Assembly (NCBI GenBank): GCA_038087875.1
Contig: CM075992.1
Coordinates: forward strand, 11,224,001 to 11,288,000
Reading direction: 5' to 3'
DNA from: Malacoraja senta
Taxonomy: Eukaryota
Length of the DNA stretch: 64,000 bases
Both the position numbers and the translations under genes were made by a program. The notes below the pieces were generated by a model. The model saw nothing but the letters and a program-made list of their open reading frames with translations, was not told where the DNA came from and searched no databases. Below, piece after piece: positions 28,702 to 42,970 of this stretch (the first letter of the stretch is position 1; every line of letters starts with the position of its first letter).

Positions 28702-31700
28702 AATTCAAGGAATCTAATGGGAAGGTAGTTTCTGCAGATTTTCTGCAGCTGCTTGCGGCTGTAAATACAATTCTGGTATCAACAGCAGAATGTGAAAGAA
28801 GCTTCAGTGGCATGAATTTCTGCATGTCACCACAACTTGCAAGACTTCAAACTGATCATCTTTCAACCCCTCTATTTATTATGTTGGTGGGACCTCATCT
28901 GTCAAAACTCAACCCCGAAGAATATGTGAGGACATGGCTTCTAAGTGGCAGAAGGCATGCTGAAGAAACGGCATGCAGAAAGAGGTGACAGAAAAAAAAT
29001 GGAGATTATATACCATGATGGAACATTTTGTAATGTAAACAGAGAGAGAGAGACAGATGCAAGAAAGCAGCTATGACATATAATACACAATAAACTGTAT
29101 TATAAATACACAATAAACAAGTTATGCATTCTTGTACTCTTACATGGGTATGACCGCACATTAAAAACATTTCCCCCCTTCCTTCCCAACCTCAGCCTCA
29201 CGGGCCTTAGAGTACCCCTGGTTCCTAAAACCCATTTCCATCACTGAGCATGTCATATTTCGCTTGGGCAGCTTACAGTACAGTGGTATGAATATTGATT
29301 TATCTAGCTTCAAGTAACCCTGGCAATCCTTTTCTCTCTATCCTTCCTGCACCATAGTCTGTCACAGAGATGTTGGGCTGAATGGCCTGTTCTTCTGTAG
29401 TAATTTCTAAATAATTCACTCTTGCTCCTGCTGATTTACAGATTGCAATCGAAGTATTTCATGGGTTAATTCTGCTGTATTTTTTAACAGGAAGCACAAA
29501 GACTGAGAACAAAGGCCTTTTCACGTCAAGGAAACAAATAATATTTGGTGAAATGTTTCAGATGCAAATTAAGCAACAGATGGAAATTAGAACCGCAAAC
29601 TAGTAAACAAGGAGGGCTTGGTGAATGGGTGCGAGTTGGTGGAGAGAGCGACACAGTTTCCATGGCAATTTAGTGTTCAAGTCATGGGGTCATATAGCAC
29701 GGATAAAGGCCTGTACCTGTCCAAGTGCCTTTTAAATGTTGTTATAGTACCTGCCAAAACTACCTCCTCTGGCAGATCATTCATGTATCCACCACCTTCT
29801 GGGTGAAAATGTTGCCCCTCAGCGGTTGTGTAAAACCGCTGCCTGAGTTACTCCAGCTTTGCGTGCCTATCTTTGATTTAAACCAGCATCTACAGTTCCT
29901 TCCTACACATATTATAAGATTCCCTCTCAGCCACCTGCACTCCAAGGAATAAAGTCCTAGTCTGCCCAACCTTTCCCTATAGCTCAGCCCCTCAAGTCCT
30001 GGCAACATCATTGTAAATCTTCTCTGCACTCTTTCCAGATTACCGATATCCTTTTTATAGCAGGGTGACCAAAACTGAACACAGTACTCCAAATGTAATA
30101 AAAAGTAGTCTGGGATCGCTGCTGGAGGCGTTTATCGAGGCGCGGCTGTCTCTATGCCTCCCGGATCGCCGCGTAGAAGCCCAGGTCGGGGCCCGGCCAG
30201 ACCCTCGCGGCTGACGGAGCCAACGGCTGGGGCCTGGGTCGGCGCCACGGAAGCGTGAAGTGGGGCATCGACAGCGGTGAGGCCTCAGCGGCGGTGAAGC
30301 GGCAGCAGCGGTGAAGCCTCGCGACGATGGGGCCTCAGCGGCAGTGAAGCCTCGCGGCGACCCACGGTTGATGAGAGCGTGGAGGACCACTGTGAGTGGG
30401 CAGGGGAAGAACAATGGAGGACCCGGCGTGGGGGAACCACTGTGGAGGGGGTAGGGGGAGAACAATGGACAATTGGGGAGGGTGGGGGAACAAAGAACAA
30501 TGGGGACCCAGCGTGGGGGGACCACTGTGGAGGGGGGGGGGAGAGCACAAAAGGAGGAGCCGGCGTGCTTTGTAAATTTGTCAGTGCTGTGGGTGGCTGC
30601 TATTTGTATACATTGGGTACGCAGCAAATAATTTCACTGTGCCTTGTCACATGTGACAATAAAGTATTCCATTCCATAAAACCAAAGACTAAAAATGCTC
30701 GAGTAACTCAGTGGGTCAGACAGCATCTCTGGAGAAAATGAGACAATATTACAAGTGCAGCCTCACCAACGTACAACTATAACATAACTTCTCAACCTTC
30801 AGTATCCTGACTGATGAAGGAAAGTGTACCAAAAACCTTCTTGACCATCCTATCTACCTATGATGCCACTTATAGGGAACTATATTTAGGCAACTATCCA
30901 GGATCCCTGTGCTCTACAACACTCCCCAGGGCCCTACCAATCACTGTGGTTCTGCCCTACATTGACTTCTCAAAGTGCAACAACTCACACCAATCTGCAT
31001 TAATCTCCAAAGATAGACACAAAGGCTGGAGTAACACATCTCCAGCATCTCTGGAGAGAAGGAATGGGTGACGTTTCGGGTCGAGACCCTTCTTCAGATT
31101 AGTTCGGGATAAGAGAAACAAGAGATATAGATGATGATACGCTAGGCGCAGTAGAGTGTTGGTAGAGGGAAATTGGATGCTTCTGCGGTCGAGGAAGAAA
31201 CAGGGCTTTAAGGCCTTCCTGGTGGTGGATGGAGGAGTAGAGTGAATGAACGCCCATAATAAAATGAGGCAGTCGGGGCTCGGAAAGCGGAAGTCATTAA
31301 AGAGACGAAGGGCATGTGAGGTATCTTGCTCATAGGTCGGGAGAGATTGGACCAAGGGGATAGGATGGAGTCGAGGTACGTGTTAATCATTTCAGTGGGA
31401 CAGGTCCAGGCTGAAACAATGGGTCTGCCAGAGCAGTTGTACTCCCACTCCCTCATCATATAGACATTCAGTCATTCTACACCTCCATCCCCCATCAGGA
31501 AGGCCTTAAAGCCCTCTGTATTATCCTCGACCGCAGAACCAACCAATTTCTCTCTACTAACACTCTACTCCACCTAGCAGAGCTGGTCCTCACCCTTAAC
31601 AACTCCTCCTGCACCCATGCAGAACTCATGGATTTCAGCAACTTCACCACCAATTTCCATCCTGCATTTAGAAGGATGAGGGGAATTTTATAGAAACATA

Positions 31701-34700
31701 TAAAATTATAAAAGGAGTGGACAAGCTAGATGCAGGAAAAATGTTCCCAATATTGGGCGAGTCCAAAACCAGGGGCCACAGTCTTAGAATAAAGGGGAGG
31801 TCATTTAAGACTGAGGTGAGAAAAAACATTTTCACCCAGAGAGTTGTGAATTTATGGAATTCCCTGCCACAGAGGGCAGTGGAGGCCACGTCACTGGATG
31901 GATTTAAGAGAGAGTTAGATAGAGATCTAGGGGCTAGTGTAGTCAAGGGATATGGGGAGAAGGCAGGCACGGGTTATTGATAGGGGACGATCAGCCATAA
32001 TCACAATGAATGGCGGCGCTGGCTCGAAGGGCCGAATGGCCTCCTCTTGCACCTAGTTTCTATGTTTCTATGTTTCTAAATTCACTTGGACCATCACCGA
32101 CACCTCCCTCCCCTTTCTTGATCTCATCATCTCCATCACAGGAAATAGACTATCGACTGATGTCTATTAGAAACCCACTGACTCCCACAACTATCTCGAC
32201 TACACTTCTTCCCTCCCATTTTCCTGTAAAGACTCTATCCCCTACTCCCAATTCCTCCATCTACTCTGCATCTGTGCCCAAGATGAGGTACCCCATTCTG
32301 GGATATCTGAGATGTCCTCATTCTTTAGGGAATGAAAGTTCCTCCCTCCATTATAGATGAAGCCTCCACTCGTGTCTCCTTGGTACCCCGCAGCTCCACC
32401 CTTGCTCCCCCTCCCCCTAGTCGCAACAGAGTCCTCCTAGTCATTATTTTTCACCCCATCAGCCGTCGCCTACAACACATAATCCTTTGAAATTTTTGCC
32501 AACTCCAATGGGATCCTACACCAGTCACATATTCCCATCTCCACCCCTTTCCACCTTCCGCAGAGATCTTTCCCCCCGCAACTCCCAGGTTAACTCATCT
32601 CTTCTCACCCAAACCACCCCCTCCCCATGTACCTTCCCCTGCAACTGCAAAAGATGCAACACCTGTCCCTATATCTCCTCCCTTGACTCTGTCCAGGCAC
32701 CCCGACAGTCCTTTCAGGTTACGCAGAGGTTCACGTGCATCTCCTCCAACCTCATCTACTGTATCCATTGTTCAAGATGTGAACTTTTATACATCGACGA
32801 GACCAAATGTAGACTGGGCGATCATTTCACTGAACCTACCTGAACTTCCGGTTGCTAAACATTTTAATTCCCCTTCCCATTCTCACACAGACCTTTCTGT
32901 CCGAGGTGGGAGAAACGCAGGGGGACGGCATTCCCCTACTTTTCAGTTTCTAGTTTATGTCTAATTACTGTACAAGATGGGAGTCAGAGTTGTTAAATAC
33001 GTTTTTTTTTTAATGACCATGGATAGTCGTTACGAGTCTCCCTGCATCGGCCATGAGATAGAAACAATTTGTTAACCACCACTGTTAGCACTTGTAACAA
33101 CCAGTAGTTAACATGTAGTTATACAATGTGTCATCAATACATCCATCCACATTCCTCAGTAAATGTAATTTTGTTTTGACCATGTATTAATGACACCATG
33201 TTCCTTTGAATACAATTAATGGGGGGAATTTAATAAACTCACTGTCATTGCTCCGGACCGCGAGCACGGGCTTCTTCTGGTGTGGAGGTAGTCACGTTAT
33301 TTTATTATTCCACGCTATTTTATTATTCTCTCACTCTCTCCCTCTCTCTCGCCCTCGTCCTCTCTCCCTCTTCCCCTCTCCCTCTCTCGCTGTGTCTCTG
33401 TCTTTCGCTCTCTCCTTCCCTCCATCTCTCGCTGTGTCTCTGTCATTCGCTCTCTCCTTCCCTCCCTCTCTCGCTGTCTCTGTATTTCACTCTCTCCTTC
33501 CCTCCCTCTCCTTCTCTCGCTGTATCTCTCTGTCGTTCGCTCTCTCCCTTTCTCCCTCTCTCACTGTGTCTCTCTGTCTTTTGCTCTCTCCTTCCCTCCA
33601 TTTCTTGCTGTGTCTCTCTGTCTTTCGCTCTCTCCTTCCCCCCTCTCTCGCTGTGTCTCTCTGTCTTTCGCTGGAGTAACTCAGCGGGTCAGGCAGCATC
33701 TCTGCAGAGAAGGAATAGGTGACGTTTTGGGTTGAGACCCTTCTTTGGACCCCCCATAGATCCGGTCTGACCTGCTGAGTTCCCCAGCACTTTATGTTTT
33801 GCTCTTAAAATAAATCCGTGGTCCGCTGAAGAAACAACACGTAGACCACTCTGGAAGTGCCAGTTTTGATGTATACTTCATACTCTAGAACATATCATAA
33901 TACTCCCAGAGTGATTTAATGGGGTTAGATTTTTTTTAATCTGTTGTCTAGAATTAACCGAAACCCACGCTATGAACCTTATATCAGATTTAAATCGTAA
34001 TTACGATTTTTTTGTTTTCCTATTTGTCAATTTTTTTGCCCGATTAATGGCGGCCAATCAACCACTGTCTCTAAGGAGGTTGCGTCCAATCACCAATGAG
34101 CTTCCCTTAAAACCTTCCCGTCCAATCAACAAATCAGCCTCCTCCCGTCCAATCAGCCGCTGTCTCCAAGGGCATTACTTTTACTATTATCAGGCCCCAA
34201 TAAGAAACTGCATTTTCAGATTAATTGTTTCAGTTACATTAGAATGGATGGGGAGAAAATTAAATAAGTAGTACCAATAGTTTTTCCAGCCTAAATCGGG
34301 AGTGGTGAATTTTATTGTGAGTAGTTTTATTTAGCAAAACAGTAGTGCAAGCGGAAATATTTTATTATATATCACCATCAAATTTTATTATATATCACTA
34401 TCAAATATCTATAAATTTCAGATTTGTGTACCCCTGTGAAAATGAGCATACTGAGATACTTTAAAAGGCAGCGTCTTCGGATCGATGAAGAAATAAATGA
34501 TAATGAAGACATTCAGCCAGAAAGAAGGCAAAATTACTTGAAAATGATAATGGAACTAATGCAGCTGTTTCGCCTGATGCTGCAGGTGAAGACATTTCAA
34601 AGATATTGAAAAATGTGATCTTCCAGACTGTTGGACACAAGAAATGTACTTAAACAAAAAGAAAGAATATCCCTGGCTAATTGTTAAAAACAGAAAACTA

Positions 34701-37621
34701 GGATGTAGTGTATGTAGCAAGTGTGGTCATCTTGGACTTGAACGATCATAAGGAATTCATTTGTCTCGTGAGTGGTGCAGTGTTAATGTAGTAGGAGTGA
34801 GTGATGACAAAGCAAAACAGTTAATGAGTTTAAGAAAAATGATTGTTAAGCACAAAAATAGTGAAGCTCATACCAGATGCTAAAAAATCAATGAAAGCTG
34901 AAAAAAAAGCAAACGTAAATGTAGTGTATATGTCACTGAAAAAGGACGAAGCAAAAACAGGTCGAGTTTTTAGAACTGTTTTTAATATTGTACACAAAGG
35001 TAGGCCATACACAGATATGTCTTCTGATATTGAACTGCAAGAAAGAAAACGGCTACACTCTCGTAAGTCATGTGCAGATGTTTCTCACCACATAGGGAAC
35101 CAGATGCGAAAGACAGTGGTGGAAAATATAATTTCAAAACAATCTAAAATGTCTATTATGATTGATGAATTTACTACTATTAATGGGAAAACTGTTCTAG
35201 TAGTCTGCTTGAGAGCAGCAGTTGTTGAATCTTCCCAAACTATATCATTCTATTTTGACTTAGAACATATGAAACGGTACAAATGCAAAATCTATATATG
35301 ATGGGCTTCTAAGGTGCTTACAAAGAGGTGGCTTTTAAAAGAAAATGTGATATCACTTGTAACTGATGTTGCATCAGTAATGTTAGGACGAAATGCAGGG
35401 GTTACAAAACTATTTCTTGATGATTTCCCTAATGCAACTGTTTGGCACTGTGCCAGTCACAGGCTTGAACTCAGTGGAGGTGATGCTATAAGTGAAGTTG
35501 CAGGTTTGAATCATTTTTGATATTTTGTGATAAATTGTATTCATAGAAACATAGAAACATAGAAAATAGGTGCAGGAGGAAGCCATTCGGCCCTTCGAGC
35601 CAGCACCACCATTCATTGTGATCATGGCTGATCGTCCCCTGATATTCCTTATATCATAGGTCTCCTAAAAATCAGGATGAGTTAACTGCATGCGTTGAGG
35701 CTCTTCACTGTCAACTGTTGAAAATTGGTCGTGTTTTCAGTGTGAGATGGGTTGCTTCGTCTTACCGAACTGTAAAGTTTATGTGGCCATCTTATGAAGC
35801 TATTTGGAAGCATTTTGGAAAAGCAAGCTGTGATACTTCAAGATCTAGTGCAGAGAGAGCAACGTACGAGGGGCTGAAAAAAGTATTAGAATCATCAGCT
35901 TTCGTAAATAATTTGGGCTTGTTGATGGACAGTTTGCTAGAGTTGTCTGAACTGTCACTTGAACTGCAGAACCAAAATTGTACACTTAGTAAAGCACATG
36001 AGGAAATTAAACAAACTATCAAGGTCCTTGAATGTCAAATAGAGAAGACAGGAAAATATTATACTCAAGTGGAGAAAACAACAAGCCAGATGATATTTAA
36101 CAGAATAAATTTGAGAGCTGGTTAAATACCTACTATACATAGACAACAGTTTTTGAGGAGTTTGGTCAATAATATGGAATACAGGCTGCTTGAATCTACA
36201 ACAGCTTCCAATGATAAATGTAAAAAGTTAATTAACATAGAAACATAGAAAATAGGTGCAGGAGGAGGCCATTCGGCCATTCGAGCCAGCAGCGCCATTC
36301 ATTGTGATCATAGCTGATCGTCCCTAATCAATAACCCGTGCCTGCCTTCTCCCCATATCCCTTGATTCCACCAGCCCCCGAGAGCTCTATCTAACTCTCT
36401 CTTAAATCCATCCAGTGATTTGGCCTCCACTGCACTCTGTGGCAGGGAATTCCACAAATTCACAACTCTCTGGGTGAAAACGTTTTTTCTCACCTCAGTC
36501 TTAAATGGCCTCCCCTTTATTCTAAGACTGTGGCCCCTGGTTCTGGACTCACCCAACATTGGGAACATTTTTCCTGCATCTAGCTTGTCCAGTCCTTTTA
36601 TAATGTTATATGTTTCTATAAGATACCCCCTCATCCTTCTAAACTCCAATGAATACAAGCCTAGTCTATTCAATCTTTCCTCATATGAGAGTCCCACCAT
36701 CCCAGGGATCAATCTCGTGAACCTACGCTGCACTGCCTCAATCACAAGGATTAGGAGACCAAAACTGTACACAATACTCCAGATGTGGTCTTACAAGCGC
36801 CCTATAAAACTGCAGAAGAACCTCTCTACCCCTTAACTGAAATCCTCTTGTTATGAAGTCCAAAATTCCATTAGCTTTCTTCACTGCCTGCTGTACCTGC
36901 ACGCCAACTTCCAGTGACCAGTGTACAAGGACACCTAGGTCTCGCTGAACTTCCCCCTTACCTAACCTAACCGCCTTGAGGTAATAATCTGCCCCCTTAT
37001 TATTGCCACCAAAGTGGATAACCTCACATTTATCTATATTATACTGCATCTGTCACGCATCTGCCCACTCACTCAAACTGTCCAGGTCACCCTGCAACCT
37101 CCTAACATCCTCTTCACAGTTCACACTGCCACCCAGCCAAAAACAAGTCAAAATATTTAAATATTAACAATATTCCAGAAGATTCACTTTTAACCTTTGG
37201 GGATAATGATGTAGAAGAAATTGCAGAACAATTTGGCTTAAATGGTCTGCTTTGTATCGGGACCTTCACAGAATTGAACAAAGAGAAGCAGGAGAAAACA
37301 CTGATTGGCTCTAGCACGAGTGGGAGGAGAGTTAGAAGTGAGTCAGAGGGGGAAAACAGTTTAAAACTGAGGAATTTAGTTTGTAAATTGGTAAATTAGG
37401 CAATTTATCCGTGAATATAAGCAGGACGGCTCTTAGGGAGCAGCCTTGTGAATGAAGTGCCTTGTGAATGAAGTGCCTTGTGATGGAAATGCCTTGTGAG
37501 GGAAGTGCGAGTCTTTGGCTCGAGAGTCTTCGGCGAGGAGGCTGAGGAGGCTACGCAAAACGCTGGAGAGGGAGAGACGAAAGAAGGAGATGTCAAGCAA
37601 ACTGATTCAGTGTGATGCTTG

Positions 37622-38836
37622 GTGACTTGTATGAAACTGGAAAATTACTTTCATTTCAACAATTACAAATAAAATATAAACTCGGAAATAATCAATATTT
37701 TAAATATTTTCAAATATGCGACTATTTGAAAAAATATACAAAAGATCATTATAATAACCCAGTAGATGTATTGGACGAGGCAATGCAGATAAAAGCGGAA
37801 TCAGCAAACTTAATATCATATTTGTATAATATTATCTTAAATGTACAAATACCATCTACGGAGGGTATCAGAAGAGACTGGGAACAAGAGTTAGCTATTA
37901 AAATTTCAAAGGAAATTTGGAATGAATACTTATTAAACGTGCATAAATGCTCGATTAATGTAAGACACACTTTAATACAATTTAAAATTTTACATAGATT
38001 ATATTATTCGAAAACTAATATTCATAAAATTTTCCCAAATGTATCATCTATTTGTGATAAATGTCAATCCCAAGAAGCTACTATAGCGCACTCATTCGTT
38101 TTCTGTACAAAAATTCAAAAATTTTGGAATGAAATTTTTAAATCTTTACAAAGTTATTTAAAACAAGACTGATACCCAAAGCAGAATGGATTATCTTCGG
38201 TATAACGGAAGATGGTCCAGAACTAAATGTGTTTCAAAAGAAACTAATGGACTATGGGTTAATAACTGGAAAAAAGCTAATTCTAAAATTTTGGAAGAAG
38301 GCTCCAATACCAACTATAAATATGTGGATTTCAAATATGTTTGAAACATTACACCTAGAAGAGATAAGACTCCTCCTAGCAGGTAAACCAGATCACTTCC
38401 ACCTGACGTGGTCTGCATTTATAGAATTATTACAAACATAGGGTGCAAAAGTACTTTAAAAAAAAAAATTGAGGTCAGGTAAGGGGGGATGATAGTTGAA
38501 GAGTTGGTATGTCCCATTTACGTAATGCTCATAAAAATATTTGTTTCTCTCTTTTTCCTCTTTCTCTTTTTCTTTCTCTCTTAGTGTCTATTTCTTAACT
38601 CTTTTTCTTTTGTTTTTAATTTTGCTCTTATAGGGTCTTCATCCTTTTTGGTTGTCACATTTCCTACACTTTCACATTTTCCTTCACTTTCTTCTTTCTT
38701 TCAATCTTTTCCTTTTCTAGTGTAAAAAATAAATGGAGTACATTAATTGTAAGAAGATATAAATGACGAGTACTAATGTATGTGGTTGTAATGTAATGTA
38801 CTTCTAATAAATAAAAATTAAAAAAAATTTAAAAAA
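37622..38836 (+). mobile_element. L1 3' fragment, unit 2
   Basis: ORFs 37612-38172 and 38229-38441 translate identically to unit 1. Confidence 0.88.
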
Positions 38837-39295
38837 AAGAACCTCTCTACCCCTTAACTGAAATCCTCTTGTTATGAAGTCCAAAATTCCATTAGCTTTC
38901 TTCACTGCCTGCTGTACCTGCACGCCAACTTTCAGTGACCAGTGTACAAGGACACCCAGGTCTCGCTGTACCTCCCCCTTACCTAACCTAACCGCCTTGA
39001 GGTAATAATCTGCCCCTTGTTGTTGCCACCAAAGTGGATAACCTCACATTTATCTATATTATGCTGCATCTGTCACGCATCTGCCCACTCACTCAAACTG
39101 TCCAGGTCACCCTGCAACCTCCTAACATCCTCTTCACAGTTCACACTGCCACCCAGCCAAAAACAAGTCAAAATATTTAGATATTAACAATATTCCAGAA
39201 GATTCACTTTTAACCTTTGGGGATAATGATGTAGAAGAAATTGCAGAACAATTTGGCTTAAATGGTCTGCTTTGTATCAGGACCTTCAGAGAATT

Positions 39296-42200
39296 GAACA
39301 AAGAGAAGCAGGAGAAAGCACTGATTGGCTCTAGCCCGAGTGGGAGGAGAGTTAGAAGTGAGTCAGAGGGGGAAAACAGTTTAAAACTGTGGAATTTAGT
39401 TTGTAAATTGGTAAATTAGGCAATTTATCAGTCAATATAAGTAGGACGGCTCTTAGGGAGCAGCCTTGTGAATGAAGTGCCTTGTGAGGGAAGTGTCTTG
39501 TGAGGGAAGTGCGAGTCTTTGGCTCGAGAGTCTTCGGCGAGGAGGCTGAGGAGGCTACGCAAAATGCTGGAGAGGGAGAGACGAAAGAAGGAGATGTCAA
39601 GCAAACTGATTCAGTGTGATGCTTGCAGTATGTGGGAGATTATGGACACTGCTGGTGCCTCTGGCTGCTACAAATGTGAGAAGTGCATCCAGGTACAGCT
39701 CCTGAAGGACCATGTTGGGGAACTGGAGAAGCAAGTGGATGACCTCAGGTTCATCCGAGAAACTGAGTCGTTCCTTGACAAGTCCTATAGTAAGATTGTT
39801 ACACCTAAGGTACTGGAAGAGAGAAGGTGGGTGACGGTGAGAAAGGGAGGGAAACATGGAATGCAAAGGTCCCCGGGTGTTGTACCTCTTGTGAACAGGT
39901 TCACCCACTTAGAAGCTGTCGGGACAGAAGATGTTATCACACTGAGCGGTGGACTGGCTTGCGAAGCAAAAAGGGCTTTGGAGCCAAAACCAAAGAGGCC
40001 AACGTCAGGCAACGCCATTGTAGTTGGAGACTCCGTTGTGGGAGGTACGGACAGGGGTTTCTGCGGCAACAGATGGGATTCGAGGATGGTGCGCTGCCTC
40101 TCTGGTGCCAGGATCCAGGAGGTCACGGACAGAGTGCAGAAAATCCTCAAGGGCGAAGGTGAACAGCCGGAAGTGGTAATGCATGTCGGCACAAACGATG
40201 TCGGAAAGAAGGGGATGAATATTCTGCAGCGTGACTTTAGAGAGCTCGGAAAAAAGCTGAAAAGCAGGACCTCCAGGGTTGTTATCTCCGGTTTGCTTCC
40301 AGTTCCTCGTGCTGGCAAGAGCAGGAACAGGGAGATACGGGACCTGAATGTGTGGCTGAGGAACTGGTGCAGGGGGCAGGGATTGAGATTCTTAGATCAC
40401 TGGGATCTGTTTTGGAGTAAGGGGGAACTGTACAACAGGGACGGTACCAGCATTCTGGCAGGTAGGTTTGCCACTGCTGCACGGGTGGTTTTAAACTGAA
40501 TAAGGGGGGTGGGGTGTCAAATTGGATAGTCGAGGACGGAGTTAAAGGAAAAGAGAGTAAAGGGATGGTTAATGACCCCAGAATTAACAGGAAAGGAAGC
40601 TCACAAAGGGATAGGAGAGTATGGCCAAGTGTAATAGGGATCGATGTGAAAGGTGAGATGCGTAAGGAATTAAAAGTATTGTATTTGAATGCACAAAGTA
40701 TAAGGGGTAAAGTAGATGAGCTTGAGGCTCAGTTAGAGGTTGGTAGATATGACATTGTGGGGATTACTGAGACGTGGCTGCAGGAGGATCGGGCCTGGGA
40801 ACTTAATATTCAGGGTTATACATCCTATAGAAAGGACATGCAGGTGTGCAGAGGAGGGGGGTAGCTCTGCTGGTGAGGGATGGAATTCAGTCCCTTGCGA
40901 GGGAAGACATAGGGACTGACGAGGTAGAGTCACTTTGGATTGAGTTGAGGAATTGTAAAGGCAAGACGACACTAATTGGTGTTATCTACAGACCCCCAAA
41001 TAGTAGCCCGGATGTAGGGTGTAAGTTGCAGCAGGAGTTAAAACTGGCATGTAACAAAGGTAATGCCACAGTGGTGATGGGGGATTTCAATATGCAGGTA
41101 GACTGGGAAAATCAGGTTGGTTCAGGACCCCAAGAAAGTGAGTTTGTAGAATGCCTCCGAGATGGATTCTTAGAGCAGCTTGTAATGGAGCCGACCGGAG
41201 AAAAGGCAATTCTGGATTTAGTGTTGTCCAATGAACCAGATATGATAAGAGAACTCGAGGTAAAGGAACCACTTGGAGGTAGTGATCATAATATGATTAG
41301 TTTTAATCTGCAATTTGAGAAGGAGAAGGTTAAATCGGAAGTTTCAGTGATGCAGTTGAACAAAGGGGACTATGAAGACATGAGAGGGGAGCTGGCCAAG
41401 GTAGACTGGAAAGGGATCCTAGCAGGAATGACGGTGGAACAGCAATGGCAGGAATTTCTGGGCATAATCCGGAAGACGCAGAATCATTTCATTCCAAAAG
41501 GGAAGAAAGATTCTAAGGGGAGTAGGAGGCAACCGTGGCTGACAAGAGAAGTTAGGGATAGAATAAAACTAAAAGAAAAGGATTGGGAAACTTTCATAGG
41601 ACAACAGAAGGAAACAAAACGGGCAATACGGGCTGAAAAGATGAAGTACGAAGGGAAGCTGGCCAGGAATATAAAGGACAGTAAAAGCTTCTTTAGATAT
41701 GTTAAGGGAAAAAGAGTAGCAAAGTCAAATGTGGGTCCCTTGAAGGCAGACACGGGTGAAATTATTATGGGCAACAAGGAAATGGCAGAAGAGTTGAACA
41801 GGTACTTCGGATCTGTCTTCACTAAGGAAGACACAAACAATCTCCCAGATGTACTGGTGGACAGAGGATCTAAGGGGGTAGAGGAACTGAAAGAAATTTT
41901 CATTAGGCGAGAAATAGTATTGGGTTGGCTAATGGGACTGAAGAATGATAAATCCCCTGGGCCTGATGGTCTTCATCCCAGAGTCCTCAGGAAGGCGGCT
42001 CTAGAAATAGTGGACGCATTGGTGATCATTTTCCAATGTTCAATAGATTCAGGATCAGTTCCTGTGGATTGTAGGATAGCTAATGTTATCCCACTTTTCA
42101 GGAAAGGAGGGAGAAAACGGGGAATTACAGACCAGTTAGCCTGACTTCGGTGGTGGGAAAGATGCTGAGTCAATTATTAAAGAGGTAATAATGGGGCATT

Positions 42201-42970
42201 TGGATAGCAGTTAAAGGATTAGTCAAGTCAACATGGATTTATGAAAGGGAATTCATGCTTGACTAATCTTCTGCAATTTTTTGAGGATGTGACAAGTAAA
42301 ATGGATGAAGGGGGTGCCAGTGGATGTAGTGTATCTAGACTTTCAGAAAGCCTTTGGTAAGTTCCCGCATGGGACACTGGTGACGAAAATTAGACCACAT
42401 GGTATTGGGGGTGTTGACATGGATAGAAAATTGGTTGGCAGACCGGAAGCAAAGAGTAGGAGTGAAGGGGTCCTTTTCAGAATGGCAGGCAGTGGTGAGT
42501 GGAGTGCCGCAAGGCTCGGTGTTGGGGCTGCAACTGTTTACCATATATATTAATGATTTGGAAGAGGGAATTAGGAGCAACACTAGCACGTTTGTGGATG
42601 ACTCAAAGCTGGGTGGCAGTGTGAACTGTGAAGAGGATGTTAGGAGGTTGAAGGGTGACCTGGACAGGTTGAGTGGGCAGATGCGTGGCAGATGCAGTAT
42701 AATATAGATAAATGTGAGGTTATCTTTTTCACCCAGAGAGTTGTGAATTTATTAAATTCCCTGCCACAGAGGGCAGTGGAGGCCAACTCACTGAATGGAT
42801 TTAAGAGAGAGTTAGATAGAGCTCTAGGGGCTAGTGGAGTCGAGGGATATGGGGAGAAGGCAGGCACGGGTTATTGATTGGGGACGATCATTCATGATCA
42901 CAATGAATGGCGGTGCTGGCTCGAAGGGCCGAATGGCCTCCTCCTGCACCTATTTTCTATGTTTCTATGT
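39296..42970 (+). mobile_element. Defective CR1, unit 2
   Basis: Same structure, AATT flanks and deletions as 25027-28701. Confidence 0.93.

Larger units (their letters stand above)
20173..28988 (+). pseudogene. hAT transposase pseudogene, KIAA1586/ZNF862-like (unit 1)
   Basis: YPWL...LGCSVC (Zn finger), SIMIDE, VTDVASVMLG, WHCASHRLEL (CxxH), SVRWVASS (RW), STAECERSFS; frameshifts, stops and several insertions. Confidence 0.88.
18639..29246 (+). mobile_element. hAT (Tip100/KIAA1586-like) transposon with nested retroelements, left TIR missing (unit 1)
   Basis: Right TIR TTTCCATCACTG 29235-29246 then AGCATGTC; transposase fragments collinear. The origin of the first ~95 bp is uncertain. Confidence 0.85.

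Noticed and set aside
20173..28988. Domesticated KIAA1586/ZNF862-type host gene
   Set aside because: Has TIRs and TSD, stops, frameshifts and several retroelement insertions; it is a dead transposon.
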